64,000 nt of DNA. Origin: Nitrososphaerota archaeon. Its GTDB lineage: Archaea; Thermoproteota; Nitrososphaeria; Nitrososphaerales; Nitrosopumilaceae. Shown piece by piece: positions 58,657 through 64,000 of the stretch. The DNA is taken from assembly GCA_028867755.1 (NCBI GenBank), contig JAGWFT010000001.1, positions 1,060,727 through 1,124,726 on the forward strand, read 5' to 3'. A program made the translations under genes and the position numbers. The notes under the pieces were generated by a model. It was not told the DNA's origin and ran no database searches. It saw only the letters and a list, made by a program, of their open reading frames with translations. Numbering within the stretch: the stretch's first letter is position 1; every line of letters starts with the position of its first letter.

Positions 58657-60163
58657 AATTTTTGATACTACTCTAAGAGATGGGGAACAAACACCTGGCG
58701 TTGCATTAACCCCAGAACAAAAGCTTTCAATTGCTCAGAAATTAGATGAATTGGGAGTGGATGCCATAGAAGCAGGCTTTCCAATAATCTCAGATGGCGA
58801 GAGAAAGGCGGTAAAAGATATAGCCCATGCTAATCTTAGGGCAGAAGTTTGCGGCTTGGCAAGAACTGAGAAAAAAGACATAGATGCCGCAGTGACAGCT
58901 GGGTTGAAGTACATACACACATTTATTGCAACATCTGACATTCACCTAAAATACAAACTCAATCTTACACGAGAGCAGGCAGTGGCAAAGGCAATCGAGG
59001 CAGTAGAATATGCAAAATCATGTGGATTACAAGTTGAGTTTTCTGCAGAAGATGCAACAAGAACTGACAGAGAATTTCTCAAAAAAGTTTTCAAAGCAGT
59101 AACAGAAGCTGGTGCCGATAGGATAGACATACCAGACACAGTGGGCTATTCTACTCCGCAGTATATAGCTTCAATTACAAAAGATGCGATTGATGTTACT
59201 CATTTACCTGTCAGTGTTCATTGCCACAATGACTTTGGTTTAGCTGTGGCAAATGCAATATCTGCAATTCAAGTGGGAGCACAGTGTGCACATGTTACAA
59301 TAAATGGCATCGGAGAAAGAGCAGGCAATGCATCACTTGAAGAACTTGTCATGGCACTACAATGCTTACAGTTTGATAAGAAATTTGAGACAAACATCAA
59401 TACCAAACTTCTCTATGAGACATCACGATATGTTTCAAAGATCGTTGGAGTCCAAGTACAACCAAACAAGGCCATAGTGGGAGAAAATGCATTTGGGCAT
59501 GAATCTGGAATTCACACCCATGGAGTATTGAATAATCCATTAACGTATGAACCAATCAGCCCAGAACTTGTAGGTAGGACGCGTTGGTTCCAGGTAGGAA
59601 AACATGCTGGAGCACATGGCGTTGCTGCAATGCTAGAGGAATACGGCATCCAGCCATCAAAGGAGCAGACACATGAGATACTAGAGAGAGTCAAGAAATT
59701 AGGAGACCAAGGAAAGCACGTCACAGATGTAGAATTACTATCAATCTCAGGTGAAGTTATGCATCAGGAAGGATTGAAAAGACTAGTCCACCTAACGGGA
59801 TTTTCAGTATCTACTGGAATTGGCAACATGCCATATGCATTTGTCAAACTAAACATAGAAGGAAAAGACTTTGTTGGCACAGATCATGGTGTTGGGCCTG
59901 TAGATGCATCAATTAATGCAATACAAAAAATCACTGGGGAGATTGCCAAAGTCAGAATAAAAGAATACAAGCTAGATTCAATTTCCGGCGGATCAGAGGC
60001 ATTATGTGAAGTAACAGTAAAGGTAGAGGATGCATATGGAAATCAGGCTTCTGCAAAATCTATTGGGGAAGATATTGTAATTACTAGTGTTCAAGCTATG
60101 ATAGATGGCATTAATAGAATAATGCTCAAAAAAATTCTTAAACAAAAAAACTTGGGACACTAG
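58646..60163 (+). CDS. leuA: 2-isopropylmalate synthase (LeuA/CimA family)
   Basis: DTTLRDGEQ, HCHNDFG, GERAGN, NKAIVG.NAF.HESGIH, regulatory domain GVGPVDA; CimA activity cannot be excluded. Confidence 0.85.
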   Translation: MKVRIFDTTLRDGEQTPGVALTPEQKLSIAQKLDELGVDAIEAGFPIISDGERKAVKDIAHANLRAEVCGLARTEKKDIDAAVTAGLKYIHTFIATSDIHLKYKLNLTREQAVAKAIEAVEYAKSCGLQVEFSAEDATRTDREFLKKVFKAVTEAGADRIDIPDTVGYSTPQYIASITKDAIDVTHLPVSVHCHNDFGLAVANAISAIQVGAQCAHVTINGIGERAGNASLEELVMALQCLQFDKKFETNINTKLLYETSRYVSKIVGVQVQPNKAIVGENAFGHESGIHTHGVLNNPLTYEPISPELVGRTRWFQVGKHAGAHGVAAMLEEYGIQPSKEQTHEILERVKKLGDQGKHVTDVELLSISGEVMHQEGLKRLVHLTGFSVSTGIGNMPYAFVKLNIEGKDFVGTDHGVGPVDASINAIQKITGEIAKVRIKEYKLDSISGGSEALCEVTVKVEDAYGNQASAKSIGEDIVITSVQAMIDGINRIMLKKILKQKNLGH

Positions 60164-61180
60164 ATGTACAAAATATCTCTTATAACTGGAGATGGCATAG
60201 GTCCCGAATTATCCGAATCTGTTATAGACATACTGCATGCGATAAATGACAAGATTGGACTAAAGATAGAAATCAATACAGTTGAAGCAGGTGATGCTGC
60301 ATTAAAAAAAACTGGCAAGGCACTTCCCGATTCAGCTCTGGATACAATAAAAAAATCTGATACATGCCTAAAAGCTCCAGTAGGAGAAAGTGCTGCAGAT
60401 GTCATTGTGTTTTTACGAAGAGAGTTGAACCTTTATGCCAACATAAGGCCTGCAAAATCATATCCCAACATGCCTGCCCTTAAAGAAAACATTGACTTGG
60501 TCATAGTACGAGAAAACACAGAAGACCTCTACACAGGAATGGAGTTTGAGGTAGACAACTCTGCAATTGCATTGAGAACCATATCAGAATATGCTTCAAA
60601 CCGTATTGCAAAATATGCCTGTATTGTTGCAAATCAAAGAAATAAGCAAAAAAGGGTAACCTGCGTTCACAAGTCAAATGTCATGAGAAAGACAGATGGC
60701 CTTTTTGCAAGATCATGTGCTGCGGCAGCAAAGGACTTTCCCAATATCACGTTTGACCAGATGTATGTAGATGCATGTGCCATGAACCTCATCAGACAGC
60801 CAGAGTCTTTTGATGTCATAGTGACAACTAACTTGTTTGGAGACATTTTATCTGATGAGGCTGCTCAAGTAGTTGGTGGGCTTGGTATGGCACCTGCTGC
60901 CAACATTGGAGATAATTTTGCCTTGTTTGAGCCTGTCCATGGAGCAGCTTTTGATATTGCAGGAAAACAAGCTGCCAATCCGTCTTCTTTTATCCTATCT
61001 GCAAAAATGATGTTTGAGTGGTTAGGAATGAAAAACAATGATGCAATGTCTTTTACTGTGGCAAAGAAGATAGAAGAGGCGGTGTATGGGGTCGTAAGAG
61101 AAGGAATCAAGACTAGAGACATTGGCGGAAACAAAACAACCAAAGAATTTACTCAGCATGTAATTTCAAAACTTACTTGA
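60164..61180 (+). CDS. leuB: 3-isopropylmalate dehydrogenase
   Basis: GDGIGPE, RENTE, HKSNV, NLFGDILSD, FEPVHGAAFDIAG; follows leuA. Confidence 0.88.
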   Translation: MYKISLITGDGIGPELSESVIDILHAINDKIGLKIEINTVEAGDAALKKTGKALPDSALDTIKKSDTCLKAPVGESAADVIVFLRRELNLYANIRPAKSYPNMPALKENIDLVIVRENTEDLYTGMEFEVDNSAIALRTISEYASNRIAKYACIVANQRNKQKRVTCVHKSNVMRKTDGLFARSCAAAAKDFPNITFDQMYVDACAMNLIRQPESFDVIVTTNLFGDILSDEAAQVVGGLGMAPAANIGDNFALFEPVHGAAFDIAGKQAANPSSFILSAKMMFEWLGMKNNDAMSFTVAKKIEEAVYGVVREGIKTRDIGGNKTTKEFTQHVISKLT

Positions 61181-61514
61181 GATCTGATACTGGGGGCTCT
61201 CTTGACCAAAAAAACATTGCAAAGCCAATTGGTATCATTATAGTTACTGCCACACCAAAACATACCCAATAAAATGTAGGGTCGATGCCTTTGATTAGAG
61301 GCACTGGAAATACAGTATAGGCCCACACAAAGGCAATAAACCCGAGAATTATCTTATTTTTCTTAAAAACTCTCCATCCAAGTTTTCGTTTTGTTATATA
61401 ACATTTTTTGCATCGTGTCCTGTCATCTGTCATGCATGAGTTACAACAATGCTTTTCACAAAAATAGCATGTGTGGTCGCCAAAACCAGAGCCGCAAAAA
61501 TCACACTGCTGCAC
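61173..61514 (-). CDS. Small membrane protein with N-terminal Cys-rich zinc finger
   Basis: CDFC..CYFC..CC..C..C..C followed by two TM helices. Confidence 0.75.
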   Translation of the reverse strand: MQQCDFCGSGFGDHTCYFCEKHCCNSCMTDDRTRCKKCYITKRKLGWRVFKKNKIILGFIAFVWAYTVFPVPLIKGIDPTFYWVCFGVAVTIMIPIGFAMFFWSREPPVSDLK

Positions 61515-61546
61515 AGGTAACTGTTGTAAGATCCAGATTTATCTTT

Positions 61547-62836
61547 TTACGGAAACAGCCTTTCTGGATCTCTTGGATAGAGAACAACTTCCCTTACATT
61601 ATCAATCTTAGTCAGGACTGACATTAATCTGTCAAGGCCCAGACCCCATCCAGAATGTGGAGGCATACCCCAATCAAATGCCTTGAGGTGATCTTCGAAT
61701 TGAGACGGGTTTAGTCCTTGTTCGGTCAATCTTTCCCTAAGCTTGTTTGGATCGTGCAGACGCCTTCCACCTGATGATAACTCAAGATACCCATATTGCA
61801 AATCAAATGACTTGGATAGTGATTGATCATCTTCTTTTTCGTGTATGTAAAATGGCTTGAGCTTCATAGGCCAGTCTATCAAAAAGTAGAACCCGGAATG
61901 TAGTTCTCCAAGTTTTCTCAAATGAGAGTCTAGTAAATCGTCACCATTTGCAAGACTAATGCCTTCTTTGCCAAGTTCTTCGATAGCTTGCTTGTAAGTT
62001 ATTTTCTCAAATGGCGTCTTGGGTTTTTTGATATCAATTCCTAGAATTTTTTGTTCGTCTATACAGTTCTTTTCAACATATTCAAAAACATTGGTCACAA
62101 GTTTTTCTAGAATTTCTGCAACATCAAGATAATCCATGAAATCAGCTTCAATGTCTACACTTGTAAATTCGGTAAGATGTCTAACGGTATGCGATTTTTC
62201 TGCCCTGTAAAACGATGCTATTTCAAAAACTCTTTCAAGCCCAATTGTTAGCTGCTCTTTGTAAAGTTGCGGGCTCTGTGCAAGATATGCTTGCTTGTCA
62301 AAATATTTCAGAGAGAACAGGTTTGCACCCCCTTCACTGGCGCTTCCAATTATTTTTGGTGTATTTACTTCAATGAAACCAAGATCTACCAAAGTTTTTC
62401 GCATTGATTGCAATACATGGTGGCGCATTTTGAAAATGGCCGCAGTTTTCTGATTTCTTAGATCAAGCGCTCGTGCATTTAATCTATTATCAATATTACT
62501 TTCTAACCTTCCTATTGGGTCAATTGGTAAAGGATGTACTGCACGTGACAAGATTTCTATCTTTTCTGATTTTATCTCAAATGGAAAATCTCTTGATTTA
62601 GTGTCTTGTATTGCACCAGTGATTCTCACTACACTTTGCCTATTGAGGTCTTTTACTTGCTTGATGCCCGCTTCTCCAACCACCACCACTTGGGCAACTC
62701 CTGTAACGTCTCTGAGTGTGAGAAAAGTGAGTTTTCCCAGTTCACGAAGGTCTTCTACCCAGCCTCCAACCACTACCTTTTGACCTTTCAGGGACTGGTT
62801 TATGCTACCAATATAGTGTGTCCTTTTCAAATCCAA
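61547..62836 (-). CDS. aspS: Second aspartate--tRNA ligase, probably discriminating
   Basis: KRTHY, GGWVEDLRELG, L1 loop TKSRDFPFEI without the ND Pro, LAQSPQLYKE, PPHSGWGLGLDR, YPRDP. Confidence 0.9.
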   Translation of the reverse strand: MDLKRTHYIGSINQSLKGQKVVVGGWVEDLRELGKLTFLTLRDVTGVAQVVVVGEAGIKQVKDLNRQSVVRITGAIQDTKSRDFPFEIKSEKIEILSRAVHPLPIDPIGRLESNIDNRLNARALDLRNQKTAAIFKMRHHVLQSMRKTLVDLGFIEVNTPKIIGSASEGGANLFSLKYFDKQAYLAQSPQLYKEQLTIGLERVFEIASFYRAEKSHTVRHLTEFTSVDIEADFMDYLDVAEILEKLVTNVFEYVEKNCIDEQKILGIDIKKPKTPFEKITYKQAIEELGKEGISLANGDDLLDSHLRKLGELHSGFYFLIDWPMKLKPFYIHEKEDDQSLSKSFDLQYGYLELSSGGRRLHDPNKLRERLTEQGLNPSQFEDHLKAFDWGMPPHSGWGLGLDRLMSVLTKIDNVREVVLYPRDPERLFP

Positions 62837-62845
62837 CTAGTTTTC

Positions 62846-63355
62846 TCACTTTCTTTCAAATTCAACAACTAGTTCTATCTTTCGCAGGTGTTGTGATATT
62901 ACGATTACTTTGTCTATATCAATTGGGAATCTTGGTGTCCTTCTTCCTGAAACTATGACCTTTGTCTTCCTAACTCCTCCAGGTGCCCACAATTGATTAA
63001 CTGCTAATATTTTGATTGGAAAGAACATGTCCTCAATGAACTTTTTATCATCACATCCTATTTCAACAAGCCAGATTTTGCCGATAAACTCGCCTTGAAG
63101 TATCCTGTAAAGTTCCCTACTTTGCCTTATAGTCATGATATCTGTACTGCTAAGATACAGTACGTAATTTCCGTTTGATTCCTGGCAGGAATTCAATGTG
63201 AATTTTTCAATTGGAGGTATTTTTTGGGATAGTTGAACTAACTTTATTGAGGCATCAACATCTGCCTTTGTGAGTTGTCCCGAGTCTAATTTGGACTCGC
63301 ATTGAGGACAAAGGATGCCATTCATAGCATCAAAGCTGCAAATAGGCGTCCTCAA
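62846..63355 (-). CDS. NusA-like KH-domain transcription factor (archaeal family with N-terminal Cys motif)
   Basis: PICSFD...ILCPQCE, FFPIKILAVNQLWAPGG. Confidence 0.7.
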   Translation of the reverse strand: MRTPICSFDAMNGILCPQCESKLDSGQLTKADVDASIKLVQLSQKIPPIEKFTLNSCQESNGNYVLYLSSTDIMTIRQSRELYRILQGEFIGKIWLVEIGCDDKKFIEDMFFPIKILAVNQLWAPGGVRKTKVIVSGRRTPRFPIDIDKVIVISQHLRKIELVVEFERK

Positions 63356-63494
63356 GGAAATCGATTTTTTGCTTACTTGAACTGGAAGATAAACTATGCG
63401 ATATCGGGCACTGTTGCGTTGTCAGGTGATCATTGATTTTCACTCAAAAATTCTACGTGTTACAGGTCGGGTGATAATAAAAATAATTAGGCAA

Positions 63495-63632
63495 TCATCT
63501 GCATTCTTTGCACCATGATTGCACCATTCTTACGCCCCCATTATTACGAATCCCGAAAAGTTCTTCTACTTTCGCAGAAGTATTGGCAACCTTTCCACAC
63601 TTGGGACATTCTGCACGGTCAAATTTTCCCAT
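63495..63632 (-). CDS. 45-aa zinc-ribbon micro-protein (not in ORF track)
   Basis: MGKFDRAECPKCGKVANTSAKVEELFGIRNNGGVRMVQSWCKECR*. Confidence 0.7.
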   Translation of the reverse strand: MGKFDRAECPKCGKVANTSAKVEELFGIRNNGGVRMVQSWCKECR

Positions 63633-63740
63633 AAAAAATAATGATCGCATATTGATATAAAGATCATGTTAATTCAACTTTATCTTTTAGTCAAGTGATC
63701 CTCAAACCGCTGGTTTTTTGATCACTCTGAAAGCAAGTCC

Positions 63741-63965
63741 ATGATGAAAAGGAATGAAAATAGATTCTTTTGGCGTGGTATCAAGCATGACATTCCTTTA
63801 TGTTGCATAATGTTCTTTGATTCAGCATGGGAATCCATTAGAAAAGATGTAAGAGAGTATGGTCAAACTATGTCTTTTCTAACTGATAATCAAGGTATAA
63901 TCATGTGTCCTGAATGTTTGCAAAAAAAACTCATGAGTTCAACTTTGCGTTCTGAATTAGCGTAA
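63741..63965 (+). CDS. Small Cys-containing hypothetical protein
   Basis: IPLCCIMFF...IMCPEC; 74 aa. Confidence 0.6.
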   Translation: MMKRNENRFFWRGIKHDIPLCCIMFFDSAWESIRKDVREYGQTMSFLTDNQGIIMCPECLQKKLMSSTLRSELA

Positions 63966-64000
63966 TCCATTTGTTATCTCCCTCTATCTTAATCCCTGCA

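Noticed and set aside
63400-63520. 40-codon plus-strand ORF and a short minus-strand ORF between the NusA-like gene and the zinc-ribbon gene
   Set aside because: No motifs; the plus-strand ORF overlaps a better minus-strand gene
1-64000. Many 60-170 aa antisense or shadow ORFs in the track (e.g. 305..598, 8860..9273, 14203..14724, 49379..49864)
   Set aside because: They lie opposite or inside well-supported genes and carry no motifs
1-64000. Transposases, integrases, prophage genes, CRISPR arrays, rRNA
   Set aside because: None detected by reading; no terminal inverted repeats or spaced direct repeats seen

Overview
AT-rich chromosomal segment of an ammonia-oxidising archaeon (Nitrososphaerota/Thaumarchaeota). 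Support: rps26e, aRF1, archaeal ThrRS, PurP, PEFG-CTERM proteins and thaumarchaeal S-layer homologs. A Nitrosotalea-like genus is inferred, not proven. Housekeeping blocks: aspS-gatCAB, trpEGDCBA-pyrG, ilvB-ilvH-leuA-leuB, ilvA, ilvD, thrS, a second aspS, ppa, speB, pdaD, pepF and tRNA-Val(CAC). These are interleaved with accessory metal-transport, redox and cell-surface genes. No IS element, prophage or CRISPR array was seen. Main discoveries: (1) a 20-codon Leu/Ile/Val-rich leader peptide (MKLGGSASISCILLLVDLLL*) with competing RNA hairpins and a U-tract directly upstream of ilvB-ilvH-leuA-leuB, i.e. a bacterial-style attenuator architecture in an archaeon; (2) a weaker Trp-codon uORF overlapping the trpE start; (3) an unannotated structured small RNA candidate with its own TATA-like box at about 47.2 kb; (4) DtxR-type operators shared by mntH, a ZIP transporter and a wHTH regulator; (5) stand-alone N-terminal and C-terminal modules of the thaumarchaeal S-layer protein; (6) five Cys/His micro-proteins below the ORF-track cut-off. 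Family assignments are from motif recognition; no searches were run.
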